The notes under the pieces are model-generated. The model did not search any database. It had not been told where the DNA came from and saw only the letters and a list, made by a program, of their open reading frames with translations. A stretch of 64,000 bases of DNA, taken from positions 2,976,001-3,040,000 of the forward strand of contig OX638351.1 in assembly GCA_951813565.1 (NCBI GenBank), written 5' to 3'. Each line of letters begins with the position of its first letter. The first letter of the stretch is position 1. Origin of the DNA: an uncultured Poribacteria bacterium. Lineage in GTDB: Bacteria; Poribacteria; WGA-4E; WGA-3G. The translations under genes and the position numbers were made by a program. This document shows positions 10,853 through 20,885 of this stretch, one piece after another.

Positions 10853-12142
10853 GTGCTTGACCTCAAATTTATTCGAGAAAATACCGATGCCGTTCGCAAG
10901 ATGTTAGCTGACCGCCAGACTGATGCAGATTTAAACAAACTAATTGAATTAGATACACGCTGGCGTGAGAACTTGACTCACACGCAGACTCTACAGGCGC
11001 ATCAAAATAAGGTTTCACAACAAATAGCACAATTGAAAAAGGAAAAACAGGACGCAACAGAGACGATTGCGGAGATGCGGAAACTCTCCCAAGAAATCAA
11101 GGAGCGTAACGCAGAGGCAAACAACCTTAAAGCTGAGATAGACGCTATCCTGTTAACAATTCCGAACATGCCCGAGACAAGCACACCTGTCGGCACAGGT
11201 GAAGCAGATAACATTGAAATCAAGACATGGGGTGAACTGCCGAGTTTTGACTTTGAATTGAAACCGCATTGGGAAATAGCGGAAACGTTAGATATTGTCG
11301 ATTTTCAGCGAGGCGCAAAGGTTGCAGGTAGCAACTTTGTGGTTTTCAAAGGTTTGGGTGCGCGACTGGAACGGGCTTTGATCCAGTTTATGCTTGACTT
11401 ACACACCACCCAACACGGCTACACCGAAATTTCCCCGCCATTCCTTGCGAACCGTCCTACAATGACAGGAACGGGACAAATCCCCAAATTAGAAGCGGAT
11501 ATGTATCGCTGTGATAGAGATGAAGAAAACCCTGATAGCGATCTGTTTCTGATTCCGACTGCCGAAGTGCCTGTGACAAATCTTTTCGCGGGTGAAATAT
11601 TATCTGCTGATGAGTTACCTATCTACTACACTGCCTATACGCCATGTTTTCGCCGCGAAGCAGGTGCGTATGGAAAGGATACACGCGGTTTACAGCGCAT
11701 CCATCAATTTGACAAGGTGGAGATGGTGAAGTTCACTACGCCTGAAATGTCTTATGCAGAACACAAATTACTTTTAGAAAATGCGGAAAGTGTTTTGCAG
11801 GCACTCGGTCTGCCGTATCGCGTTGTACAACATTGCACGGTAGAACTTTCGTTTGCAGCGGCGAAATGCTACGATATTGAGGTATGGGCACCAGCAGGAG
11901 AAAAGTTTTTAGAGGTTTCTTCCTGTAGCAACTTTGAAGCATTCCAAGCGCGCCGTGCGAATATCCGCTACCGTCCAGAAGCCGGTGCCAAACCGGAGTT
12001 TATCCATACGCTCAATGCATCTGGCACGGCTCTGCCGCGGGTTGTAATTGCACTTCTTGAGACATATCAGAATCCGGATGGGACAGTGCGTGTGCCTGCG
12101 GTGTTGCAGCCATATATGGGTGGTTTAAAGCAGATTGGATGA
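10853..12142 (+). CDS. serS: Serine--tRNA ligase
   Basis: MLDLKFIREN, LIPTAEVP, FRREAG, HQFDKVE, EVSSCSN, HTLNASG. Confidence 0.97.
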   Translation: MLDLKFIRENTDAVRKMLADRQTDADLNKLIELDTRWRENLTHTQTLQAHQNKVSQQIAQLKKEKQDATETIAEMRKLSQEIKERNAEANNLKAEIDAILLTIPNMPETSTPVGTGEADNIEIKTWGELPSFDFELKPHWEIAETLDIVDFQRGAKVAGSNFVVFKGLGARLERALIQFMLDLHTTQHGYTEISPPFLANRPTMTGTGQIPKLEADMYRCDRDEENPDSDLFLIPTAEVPVTNLFAGEILSADELPIYYTAYTPCFRREAGAYGKDTRGLQRIHQFDKVEMVKFTTPEMSYAEHKLLLENAESVLQALGLPYRVVQHCTVELSFAAAKCYDIEVWAPAGEKFLEVSSCSNFEAFQARRANIRYRPEAGAKPEFIHTLNASGTALPRVVIALLETYQNPDGTVRVPAVLQPYMGGLKQIG

Positions 12143-12160
12143 TGCTCAAGGATTCAAACC

Positions 12161-12355
12161 ATGAAACTCAACTATTACCCAGAAACCGACTCACTATATA
12201 TCAATTTGTCCGAGCAACCCAGCGTGGAGAGTCTCGAAATCTCTGAAGGTATCCTCCTTGATTATGATGCCGACGGTAGACTTGTTGGTATTGACATTGA
12301 TAATGTCAGCAACAAAGTTGAAATGGAGAAACTGATTCTTAAGTTCTTAAAGTAA
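12161..12355 (+). CDS. DUF2283-family protein
   Basis: YYPETDSLYI...LLDYDADGRLVGIDI. Confidence 0.8.
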   Translation: MKLNYYPETDSLYINLSEQPSVESLEISEGILLDYDADGRLVGIDIDNVSNKVEMEKLILKFLK

Positions 12356-12506
12356 AATCTAAAAATACATTTACATTTTCTTAAGGTTAGCGGTGTTTGT
12401 AGTCGCGCAATTCATTGCGCCTCGGACATTTATGGCGTGTTTAAAATCCACATAAGAACAAAATGTAAAAATAATTATGGGTTCACTATAAAATAAGGAC
12501 AATAAA

Positions 12507-13490
12507 ATGGCAAAGACCATTGATGAAAAAGTCAATACCGTCATAACATATAATACTTTCTGGTACAATAATAGAGTTTTTGAGGAAAATTATGAAGCGC
12601 ACATCACATCTCTAAAGGAAACTCTACTTGTCCTGAGAAACCAAGTTCAAAACCAAGGACTCACTAAAGAGTTACTTGACGCTCTAATTTTGGAAAAAAC
12701 AAACGGGTTAAAAGTTCTATTGACTTTGACTGGATTTTCTAATGAACACTTTAAACGATTGATTACATTTATCAGGGTCATTGACGATGAAGAACTCTCA
12801 CAACTTTCTTGTAGGAACCTATGGATAGATGAAGCTGAGTTAGACGAGACGGGGGTAACAGAGTGGCAAGATGCCAAAATACAAAACAAAATACAAAATT
12901 GTGCTGATTTTAGGAGAGGGATCATCAATCTGTTCTTTGAAGGCTCTACGGTTCCCGTGCTTGCCAAAACTCTTCCGCTTTTTGAGTTAAAAAAATTAGG
13001 CGTTTCCAAACTTAGTTTTGAAGTTGAGGCGATGATTGATACGTTGATTCGGTATAAAGAGAAAGGTTCTTATTCAGGAAAGGCACAAAATAATGCTGAA
13101 GTCGTCATTGGAAAACTATTAGAAGAAATGGAAATCAGTTTTGAACAAAGTGTAGACTTAGAAAAGTTAAGAGAACACGCTCCAAACGAAAAGCGCACAA
13201 TGGATTTTATCATTCCCAACAGAGAAGAACCACAAGTCATTATTGAGTCTTCATATTCTAAAACAACTTCCTCTGGACAAGGTGATAAAGCAAAAACAGA
13301 GATTGCCATTAGAAACCTTCTTAGTAAACATTATTCTAATGCGCGCTTCTGGGGATTTGTTGACGGTATCGGTTGGTATGTTCGAAAAAAAGATTTGAGA
13401 AGAATGGTAGAAGCGTTTGAAGATGTATTTACTTTGGAAGAATCAGAACTTAGACGTTTCCAACAATCGCTAATTGCCGTTTTAAAATAA
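12507..13490 (+). CDS. Probable type II restriction endonuclease (PD-(D/E)xK)
   Basis: MDFIIP...IIESSY..TSSGQGDKAK, GFVDGIGW; adjacent to a methyltransferase. Confidence 0.7.
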   Translation: MAKTIDEKVNTVITYNTFWYNNRVFEENYEAHITSLKETLLVLRNQVQNQGLTKELLDALILEKTNGLKVLLTLTGFSNEHFKRLITFIRVIDDEELSQLSCRNLWIDEAELDETGVTEWQDAKIQNKIQNCADFRRGIINLFFEGSTVPVLAKTLPLFELKKLGVSKLSFEVEAMIDTLIRYKEKGSYSGKAQNNAEVVIGKLLEEMEISFEQSVDLEKLREHAPNEKRTMDFIIPNREEPQVIIESSYSKTTSSGQGDKAKTEIAIRNLLSKHYSNARFWGFVDGIGWYVRKKDLRRMVEAFEDVFTLEESELRRFQQSLIAVLK

Positions 13491-13531
13491 CAGAATGTTA
13501 ATAATCCCTCATGATTTATTCAAGGTGTACT

Positions 13532-14503
13532 ATGGAAAAATTTATCAACAAAATCATTCATGGAGATTGTATTGAGGTAATGCAGCAGATCCCTTCAGAT
13601 AGTATTGATGTGACATTTGCCGATCCGCCTTTTAACCTCAAAAAGAAGTACGGGACTTATAAGGACGAAAAGGGTACGGAAGATTATCTCAGTTGGTGCA
13701 AACAGTGGATTCTTGAAATGGTAAGGATAACAAAACCGAGTGGGTCCATCTTCTTGCACAATATTCCGAAATGGCTGACATATTATGCAGGGTTCCTAAA
13801 CGAAGTCGCAGATTTTCGGCACTGGATTGCATGGGACGCGCCAACAGCACCTATGGGAAAGACTTTGCAACCCTCACACTACGGCATTTTGTTTTATGCA
13901 AAAAATCAACGTGAAAATAAATTTTATGAAATTCGATATCCACATAAGCGGTGTCGGAAATGTGGATACTTGTTAAAAGACTACGGTGGAAAAAAGAAAA
14001 TTCTACACCCTTTTGGACCGCTTGTCTCTGATATATGGTCGGATATTCACCGAATTCGTCATAATAAACATAGAGACCCACATCCATGCCAACTCCCAGT
14101 ACATCTTTTAGAACGTCTTATATTGATGAGTACAGACGAAGGAGACGTGATCCTTGACCCGTTTATGGGAACTGGTACAACAGCTGTCGCAGCTGCAAGA
14201 TTGGGAAGAAACGTCATCGGTATAGATATTGATCCTCAATATGTGGAAATCACACAACGGAAATTAGCGCAAGAATCTCCAAACTCTAAAATTGAGGATA
14301 TCTGGGTAAGTTTTTATCTTGGTGAAATTGTTACAATTGTTGACAGAAACTGGGAAACGTTGAAGTCGTACTTTGTAATACCGGAGGACATGAGAGATAT
14401 TGACTTTGAAAAAATTAAAACTAATGGTGGTGTTGTTGCAACGGTACCTCAGTCCCTTCAACTTCCATTGAATCTTAAGGAGGAAAACTGTGACTGCTAT
14501 TGA
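13532..14503 (+). CDS. N4-C/N6-A DNA methyltransferase (beta class)
   Basis: FADPPF precedes HPCQLP and DPFMGTGTT. Confidence 0.92.
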   Translation: MEKFINKIIHGDCIEVMQQIPSDSIDVTFADPPFNLKKKYGTYKDEKGTEDYLSWCKQWILEMVRITKPSGSIFLHNIPKWLTYYAGFLNEVADFRHWIAWDAPTAPMGKTLQPSHYGILFYAKNQRENKFYEIRYPHKRCRKCGYLLKDYGGKKKILHPFGPLVSDIWSDIHRIRHNKHRDPHPCQLPVHLLERLILMSTDEGDVILDPFMGTGTTAVAAARLGRNVIGIDIDPQYVEITQRKLAQESPNSKIEDIWVSFYLGEIVTIVDRNWETLKSYFVIPEDMRDIDFEKIKTNGGVVATVPQSLQLPLNLKEENCDCY

Positions 14504-14520
14504 TTAAGGTGGATAAATTG

Positions 14521-14769
14521 ATGGAATACCTTGTTATTTTTGAAAAAGGCGATACCAGTTATGGTGCTTATGTTCCCGACCTACCCGGATGTATTGCCGT
14601 CGGTAAAACAATGGATGAAGTTCGCAAACTAATCGCGGAAGCAATCGAATTTCATATTGAAGGGCTACAATTAGCGGGTGAAGATGTTCCCAAATCTACC
14701 TCTAAATCACCCGTTTACAAAACCCCAGATGAAACATCCGCATACATTGAAGCACAAGTGCCTTTGTGA
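14521..14769 (+). CDS. HicB-family antitoxin
   Basis: YGAYVPDLPGCIAVGKT.DEV...IAEAIEFHIEG. Confidence 0.88.
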   Translation: MEYLVIFEKGDTSYGAYVPDLPGCIAVGKTMDEVRKLIAEAIEFHIEGLQLAGEDVPKSTSKSPVYKTPDETSAYIEAQVPL

Positions 14770-14808
14770 TGTCAAAACAGATTGAAGGAATAAAGTTGCG
14801 CCTGCTAT

Positions 14809-14922
14809 TATAGTAAAATCCGAAAATATGTTCACATTTCAATGAATAACAATCCCCATACACTCGCGCTGGCGAGGTTTCCTAACCTCGCCAATATCCA
14901 GATAATTATGGATTTCACTATA
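14809..14922. mobile_element. TA-flanked MITE containing a REP hairpin; relatives at ~17098-17199, ~49748-49880 and ends at ~12488, ~24058, ~33957, ~38579
   Basis: TATAGTAAAATCC...GGATTTCACTATA enclosing GGCGAGGTTTCCTAACCTCGCC. Confidence 0.65.
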
Positions 14923-14949
14923 AATGTCGTTCTAAACCATTTTCTTCTT

Positions 14950-16056
14950 CTACCTATTGGATTCCATCCGCGGACGAAGCACTTCTAACTCTTTGAGGAG
15001 CACACTACCCTGTTCAACCTGCGGCGCCTGCAGGTGTTCCGAGATTTCTCCGTTTGTCTCAACGATAAACCCCGCATCCTGTATCATCTGCAGCGTGCGT
15101 GATGCTTCCTTTCCCGTTGCATTGAGATAACCTTCCAAAAACATCGAATTTGCGGGGTAAAGTGCCATGACCTCCATACCTCGCAAATGGTGTTCTCTAC
15201 CTGCAGCTACCCGTATTTCTGCTTGAGGGTTCAGAAATCTATATAGGCATAACACACGCAAACAGTAGTCTGGTGTTAAAGTGGTAGGCCCGTCCCACTG
15301 AGTTTCCGTGACGAATTCCGATAACTGTGTGCCATCAATCGGTAGAAAAAAATTGACCGGAATTGAGGCTACTTCCAATCTACGTAATTCCTTGGCTACC
15401 CTTATTAAGTCTCCGTTTTCTTCACCCATTCCAACAATCACACCAGAACAGCAGGCAAGTCCAACTGCTTGTGCAGCATGCAGAGTATCCACTCTATCCT
15501 GATAGGTATGCGTGCTACATATTTTGGGATAATGGGCTTCTGAAGTGTTGAGATTGTGGTTCAATCTGTCCAATCCTGCTTCTTTTAATGTGCGAGCAGC
15601 GGGTTCGTCAATCAAGCCAACGGATAGACACACTTCAATTGGGTATCGTGCTTTAACTGTTTGGATTAATTGTGCGAGTTGTGTGACTCGTTTAGGATTC
15701 GGTCCGCGTCCACTCATCACTATGCAGTAGCGATACGCGCCAGTCTGATAGGCGCGTTCTGCCTCAGCGAGAATCTCAGACTCCGGCTTTAAAGCATAAG
15801 TATCAATATCTGTCGTTGCAGTTTTTGCTTGCACGCAGTAGTGGCAATCCTCTGGACAATTACCGTTCTGCGCGTTATTAAGGATATGTAGTTGGACTCT
15901 GTTCTGAAAATATGTTTTGCGAACCTGATACGCAGCGTCTAACAACAGAAGCAATTCTACTTCCGAAGCGGACAATATCTCTTCGCAAGACGCATCCGAA
16001 AGCAATTCCCCTTGTAGACTTGTTGATGTCAATTCGCGGTAGAATGTTGGTTTCAT
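14950..16056 (-). CDS. bioB: Biotin synthase
   Basis: CPEDCHYC radical-SAM motif, NHNLNTS, CSGVIVGMGE, IPVNF, IRVAAGRE. Confidence 0.95.
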   Translation of the reverse strand: MKPTFYRELTSTSLQGELLSDASCEEILSASEVELLLLLDAAYQVRKTYFQNRVQLHILNNAQNGNCPEDCHYCVQAKTATTDIDTYALKPESEILAEAERAYQTGAYRYCIVMSGRGPNPKRVTQLAQLIQTVKARYPIEVCLSVGLIDEPAARTLKEAGLDRLNHNLNTSEAHYPKICSTHTYQDRVDTLHAAQAVGLACCSGVIVGMGEENGDLIRVAKELRRLEVASIPVNFFLPIDGTQLSEFVTETQWDGPTTLTPDYCLRVLCLYRFLNPQAEIRVAAGREHHLRGMEVMALYPANSMFLEGYLNATGKEASRTLQMIQDAGFIVETNGEISEHLQAPQVEQGSVLLKELEVLRPRMESNR

Positions 16057-16079
16057 TTTATCTTTTTTAGTATTGTTTG

Positions 16080-16889
16080 CTAAATTTCCCATGCAATATC
16101 TGTAGCATTAAAAACAGGTCCTTCGGTGCAAACGCGTTGATACTCAATCTGATTTGCATCAATACGGACAGGACAAACACAGCCAAGACATACTCCCATC
16201 GCGCATCCCATCCGATTCTCCATAGCAACTTGTGTTGGAACTTCAAACTCTGTTGTAATTTTTGTGACAGCGGCAAGCATGTCGTGTGGGCCGCAGGCAT
16301 AAATTGTTGGATTGAGCAAATCATTTTTTCTGAGCATATCTGTTAGAATATCTGTAACAAACCCGTGATGTCCAATACTCCCATTATCAGTAGCGATATG
16401 CACCGCAACATCTATTGCTTTCAAATCATCAACGCTCAACAGTCGCCCCTGATTTTGCGCGCCTACCAATCCGATTGTCTGTATATCGCGTGTGCGCAAA
16501 GCAATTGCAAGTAACATCAGAGAGGCGATACCCGCACCTCCACCAACTAAAATTGCTGGTTCAGGATTGTCTGCTATATCAAACGTATTTCCAAGCGGTC
16601 CCAACACATGTAGCGATGTCCCCTTCGGCATCTCAGATAATCGTTGTGTCCCCTCACCGATAATTTGATAGAGCATCGTAATTTCGTGCCCATCAATTGT
16701 ATAAACCGTAAACGGACGACGAAGTAAAAGTCCAGCACCGTTCGAAATCAAGACATGAATAAATTGTCCTGGCTGTGCATGCTGGGCAATATCAGAACAC
16801 TCACAACGCAACAGGTAATGATCTTCCGCTACGTTCTCATTTGAAAGGATAGTGGTGTGAATATCGTAAGTGTTCATTAGAACAGTCAT
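16080..16889 (-). CDS. pyrK: Dihydroorotate dehydrogenase electron transfer subunit
   Basis: LRRPFT, GPLGNTF, GGGAGIA, MENRMGCAMGVCLGC, RVCTEGPVF. Confidence 0.92.
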   Translation of the reverse strand: MTVLMNTYDIHTTILSNENVAEDHYLLRCECSDIAQHAQPGQFIHVLISNGAGLLLRRPFTVYTIDGHEITMLYQIIGEGTQRLSEMPKGTSLHVLGPLGNTFDIADNPEPAILVGGGAGIASLMLLAIALRTRDIQTIGLVGAQNQGRLLSVDDLKAIDVAVHIATDNGSIGHHGFVTDILTDMLRKNDLLNPTIYACGPHDMLAAVTKITTEFEVPTQVAMENRMGCAMGVCLGCVCPVRIDANQIEYQRVCTEGPVFNATDIAWEI

Positions 16890-17393
16890 TTTGTATCAAA
16901 CGCACAGTTTTGAATCGATACTAAAATCCAAATTTATGAGGCTTCGGAAACGGATTTACTTATTACAAACTTTCCTTTAATGTGCCTTAATTATACCACT
17001 GCTTGTAAGGGAAGACAAGAAAAACCTTGTGCTTAAAAAAATAAAACAGGCGTGTAATAAGATAACGCCTGTTTTAAATTTCGGAAGCCATTATTAATAT
17101 AGTGAAACCTAAAAATAATTAAACACTTTCCTCCCACGGTAGGCGAGGTTTCCTAACCTCGCTGGTGCGGCGTGTCCGATTAATTCTAAGCCCACTATAA
17201 GAAGAAGAAACAGGATCTAATTTCCGTGTCCGGAGCATATAAGACATACCACGCCACAAACCCCATAGAATCCCAACAATAGGCCATAGCAAAAATCCGT
17301 ACTCACCCCCAGGAGTTAAGACTAAGACAACGTTTTCTCGAACAGCAAGCGGTGTTCCTTTCCCCGCAAACTCGTGGATTTCACTAACAATCC

Positions 17394-18484
17394 CAGGACT
17401 TACGCAATAATCAAAAATTGTGTTATACTATTGGATTATGATTTCATTTACACTTCCTGAAAAGAAGCAAAACTTACATTCCAACTATTGTCAATTTCTG
17501 ATAGCAAGTTTCACTAATTTCACACAAACCTATTTCGCAGACCATACTGAGAAGTGGAGCCACGATCAACTCAATCGATACCTGAGGAACGAAAACATTC
17601 CTTCAAGCGAACTCTGGAAATCTGTAAAACCGGACATTGAGTTTGATGAAGATGGATACATTGCCTTTGATGATGTCGTTCTCTCTAAGAAGTTTTCAAA
17701 ACAGATAGAAGCTGTTTACCATCAATGGAGTGGTAGCGACAAAAAAGTTATTCGTGGCATCGGTATTGTCACGTGTCTCTATGTCAACCCAAAAACTGGC
17801 GAGTATTGGGTCATTGATTATCGCATTTTTGACAAATCGCATGATGGTAAGACCAAAATAGACCATTTACTGGATATGTTGCATAATGCTGTCTTGAAAA
17901 AACAACTCCCGTTTCGGACCGTGTTGATGGATGCTTGGTATGTTTGTATGCAAGTGATGAAAGCGATTGAGAAACTTTCCAAGGTTTACTATGCGCCTCT
18001 GAAACGAAACCGACTTGTGAATGATACGGATGGTGTTGAACCACACCAGCATGTAGAAGATTTATCTTGGACACAGACAGAAAAGCAACAGGGGAAACGG
18101 GTTCACATCAAAAACTTTCCGAAAGGGCATCAAGTGAAGTTGTTCCGGATTGTATCTGAAAACGGACGCACGGAATATATTGTGACAAACGATTTATCTC
18201 AATCGGATGCGACTGCGACCAAAAACGAGTGTCGGGTTCGCTGGAAGATTGAGCAACTTCACCGTGAAATCAAACAGGTTACAGGTATTGATAAATGTCA
18301 GTGTCGTAAGTTGCGTGCCCAACGAAACCATATTGCCTGTTGTTTTCAGGTCTGGGTCTGTCTAATGCGTGCTGCACGGAAAGCCTCTCAAACGATTTAC
18401 CGACTCAAAGATAGTTTATTGGATGATTACATGCGACATCAACTCTCTAATCCTTCAATAATTTTCAAAACTGCGTAAGTCCTG
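17394..18484 (+). mobile_element. IS701-family insertion sequence
   Basis: IRs CAGGACTTACGCA / TGCGTAAGTCCTG, 5-bp TSD AATCC. Confidence 0.9.
17438..18478 (+). CDS. IS701-family DDE transposase
   Basis: AFDDVVLSK, VLMDAWY, RWKIEQLHREIKQVTG...CQCRK. Confidence 0.9.
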   Translation: MISFTLPEKKQNLHSNYCQFLIASFTNFTQTYFADHTEKWSHDQLNRYLRNENIPSSELWKSVKPDIEFDEDGYIAFDDVVLSKKFSKQIEAVYHQWSGSDKKVIRGIGIVTCLYVNPKTGEYWVIDYRIFDKSHDGKTKIDHLLDMLHNAVLKKQLPFRTVLMDAWYVCMQVMKAIEKLSKVYYAPLKRNRLVNDTDGVEPHQHVEDLSWTQTEKQQGKRVHIKNFPKGHQVKLFRIVSENGRTEYIVTNDLSQSDATATKNECRVRWKIEQLHREIKQVTGIDKCQCRKLRAQRNHIACCFQVWVCLMRAARKASQTIYRLKDSLLDDYMRHQLSNPSIIFKTA

Positions 18485-18596
18485 AATCCCATAGAATTCA
18501 ATCAAATCCCCTTCCATCCGCTGTTTCATTTCAGAATCTGCAAGTGTATTATAAACAGGACTTACCCAAATTTAGCGGAACAGGGATATTTTTTAC

Positions 18597-19007
18597 GTCA
18601 TAGGGACCCACTACCTAAAGGTAGGGGCTTGTGCTTCCTCGCGACTGCGGTTTTCGCTTAGCGTCCACCGTCTTATTGTCGCTCCACTTTAGGCAGCCAA
18701 GCCTGCCCGTTTGATCTATTTTTCGCAATGTCGTGGGTTGGCTCTGTTTCCACCCATTTTATAGCTGCCCTTTCTACCAGGCACGCCACGCGACAAGTCC
18801 TTAGACTTCGGGAGGGGTTGCCTCCGCTCACGCATTCCAGTCTGCAGTGCTGCAGTGGCTTGATATGGACGCTATCCACCAACTTTATAGATTTCGTTAT
18901 AGCGATGGGTTTTATTCCGCTTTCGCTGGACATTTTGTGATGTCCATCACATTGTTAGCCGTGGACATCCCCGCGCTAAAGCAACGGGGGCTTGACACAG
19001 AAAAACG
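18597..19007 (-). mobile_element. IS200/IS605-type non-autonomous element with no ORF
   Basis: Minus strand: TTAT then GTCAAGCCCCCGTTGCTTTAGCGCGGGG hairpin; other end AAGCCCCTACCTTTAGGTAGTGGG...TGAC. Confidence 0.6.
18632..18960 (-). ncRNA. Candidate structured RNA, copy 1
   Basis: Motifs and covarying stems shared with 20480-20885; strand inferred from the neighbouring genes. Confidence 0.5.
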
Positions 19008-19054
19008 ATAACAGACATCTAAAGTACCTGTTCAAAGTTTACAATTTCCTTTCG

Positions 19055-19525
19055 TCACGCTTTTTTACCTTCAGATTTGGAAGGCTCATCTGTATCAGTT
19101 ACCTTTAAAAACTTCATGACAGCTTCGCCCTTTTCGCGGCTCTCTGAAGGAAGTAACTTTCTGGATCTAGCCGCAATACGTTCTCTAAGTTCGGGAGATT
19201 GTTCTGACATCATCTTTATAAATTTCGCCTCAAACTTCTCCCGGAAAGAGGCAAAACGTTTGCGCCTCTCTGTACTTTTTTCCTCCGTAGTCGCAGAATC
19301 GGGCAGTTTTGGCCTCAGGAATTCAGGAAATGCTGCTATTATCTTCTTACAGAGTTGAAACTCTCTATCCTTTTTGAGGTTCGGATTGTCCTCACATTCT
19401 TTAAGGAAACGTTGTGTGTTCTCATACTCTTGTTGAAGTAATACCTCAAGTTCTTCAGCTTCCGCTGTCTTTTCAGATTCATCAGAAATCGGTTCAGGGT
19501 TCACAAGTACTTTTTTGGTTCCCAT
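19055..19525 (-). CDS. Hypothetical charged helical protein, MGTKKV paralogue 1 (intact)
   Basis: AAAGGAG SD; N-terminus shared with two other copies. Confidence 0.7.
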   Translation of the reverse strand: MGTKKVLVNPEPISDESEKTAEAEELEVLLQQEYENTQRFLKECEDNPNLKKDREFQLCKKIIAAFPEFLRPKLPDSATTEEKSTERRKRFASFREKFEAKFIKMMSEQSPELRERIAARSRKLLPSESREKGEAVMKFLKVTDTDEPSKSEGKKA

Positions 19526-19870
19526 TTTGGTTCTCCTTTCACCACACGTTTATGGTGAATGTCGGTTGGATTCTTTCCAGTTAAACCGTTCTACCCAACC
19601 GTAAATCGTTACCTGAGTAAGATTGAATCTTTTGCCGAAAAAGGTTAAGACTATATAAAAAGGTCTATAATAACCTTTAGGCGCATGTGCTTCTAAATGA
19701 AAATAAAACTCCTGCTTCATCGGACAAAAATTAGGTAATTATTGCAAAAATCGCGACAATTACGTAAGTCCTGATAGTATTACAAATCAAATCGCAATCA
19801 CCGTCTATGACTAGACAACTACAGCTTTGTTGCTTGAGGATCATCAGATATCAAAATGCCCGTAAACAAA

Positions 19871-20232
19871 TTAGTGATTTTTCTTCGATTCCGTTTTCTG
19901 TTTTTCAAGTTCAGAGGGTTGCTCTGTGTCGGTCATCTTCATCTCACGCAGGAAATCTTCCGTGCGTTCTGTGGACCCCGATGGAAGTTTCGGAAGTATA
20001 CTTCTAAGATTAGAAGCAACCATTTCTCTAAGTTTAGGTTTTTTTTCATTATGCATTGAATCCAACCTTCTTTTTCTCTTCCAGGATTGTCCTTACTTTC
20101 TTTGAGGAAACGTTGTACGTTATCATACTCTTGCTGTAGTAATGTATCTTCTGCTTCTGCTTCTGCTTCCGCTGTCTTTTCAGATTCATCAGAAATCGGT
20201 TCAGGGTTCACAAGTACTTTTTTGGTTCCCAT
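19871..20232 (-). pseudogene. MGTKKV paralogue 2, frameshifted
   Basis: C-terminal homology (PKLP, STER, MTDTEQPS) lies in a second frame; A8 tract at 20039-20046. Confidence 0.6.
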
Positions 20233-20360
20233 TCTGGTTCTCCTTTCACCACACGTTTATGGTGAATGTCGGTTGGGTTCTTTCCAGTAAAACCTTTGTG
20301 CCCAACCAGAAATCGTTACCTGAGTAAGATTCAGTTTAAGTATACGGTTGCTATATCAAA

Positions 20361-20432
20361 CATCGCAATCGCCGTCATCGCAATCGCCGTCATCGCAATC
20401 GCCGTCATCGCAATCGCCATCATCGCAATCGG
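20361..20432. repeat. 15-bp tandem repeat, about 4.8 copies
   Basis: CATCGCAATCGCCGT units. Confidence 0.95.
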
Positions 20433-20479
20433 CGAACGCTTCAAACAAAAGTGTTTGTTCAAAACGAGTCGTTTCGTCT

Positions 20480-20885
20480 AAGTCAGGATTTTGGTAAACC
20501 TTCAGGACATTCCCTATTAGAAGTCCTGCGAAGATCAACATACCTGTTTTAGATGGCAAGATTCTTTTTTGTGAAGTGGCACTGCTTCACCCGAAACAGT
20601 TCATTGTTGTCCTTCTTACCAGACACCCCAACACAACAAGAGATGACTTACTTCTCTTGGGGGTCTTTTATACAATATGTCTACTCGCTCCTTTTGAGAG
20701 TTCGCTATTTAGCGACTTTGGTAGGATACATTGCAGATATGTGCTGCATATCAACCCGCTCACGTGTTCGGGTTCACATTCGACTGGCATGATATGGATG
20801 CTCTCCACCAACGGACATGGTTGAAGATGTAACAGGACATCCTCTTTCTGTGGGCAGTCTGTGATACCCCGCACTTGTTAGCGGT
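20480..20885 (-). ncRNA. Candidate structured RNA, copy 2
   Basis: Follows an identical IS200/605-type hairpin (20894-20915); homologous motifs to copy 1; 3' boundary uncertain. Confidence 0.5.

Noticed and set aside
10675..10860. 61-aa ORF
   Set aside because: It overlaps tRNA-Asp
10584..14922. tRNA-anchored integrative element
   Set aside because: No integrase and no duplicated tRNA 3' end were found in the window
20356..20559. ORFs containing DCDDG or IAVIA repeats
   Set aside because: They are by-products of the 15-bp tandem repeat, lack a clear SD and overlap the RNA candidate
18632..20885. Calling the RNA candidates group II or group I introns
   Set aside because: Only copy 2 has GTGCG; no domain V/VI, RT ORF or group I core elements were seen
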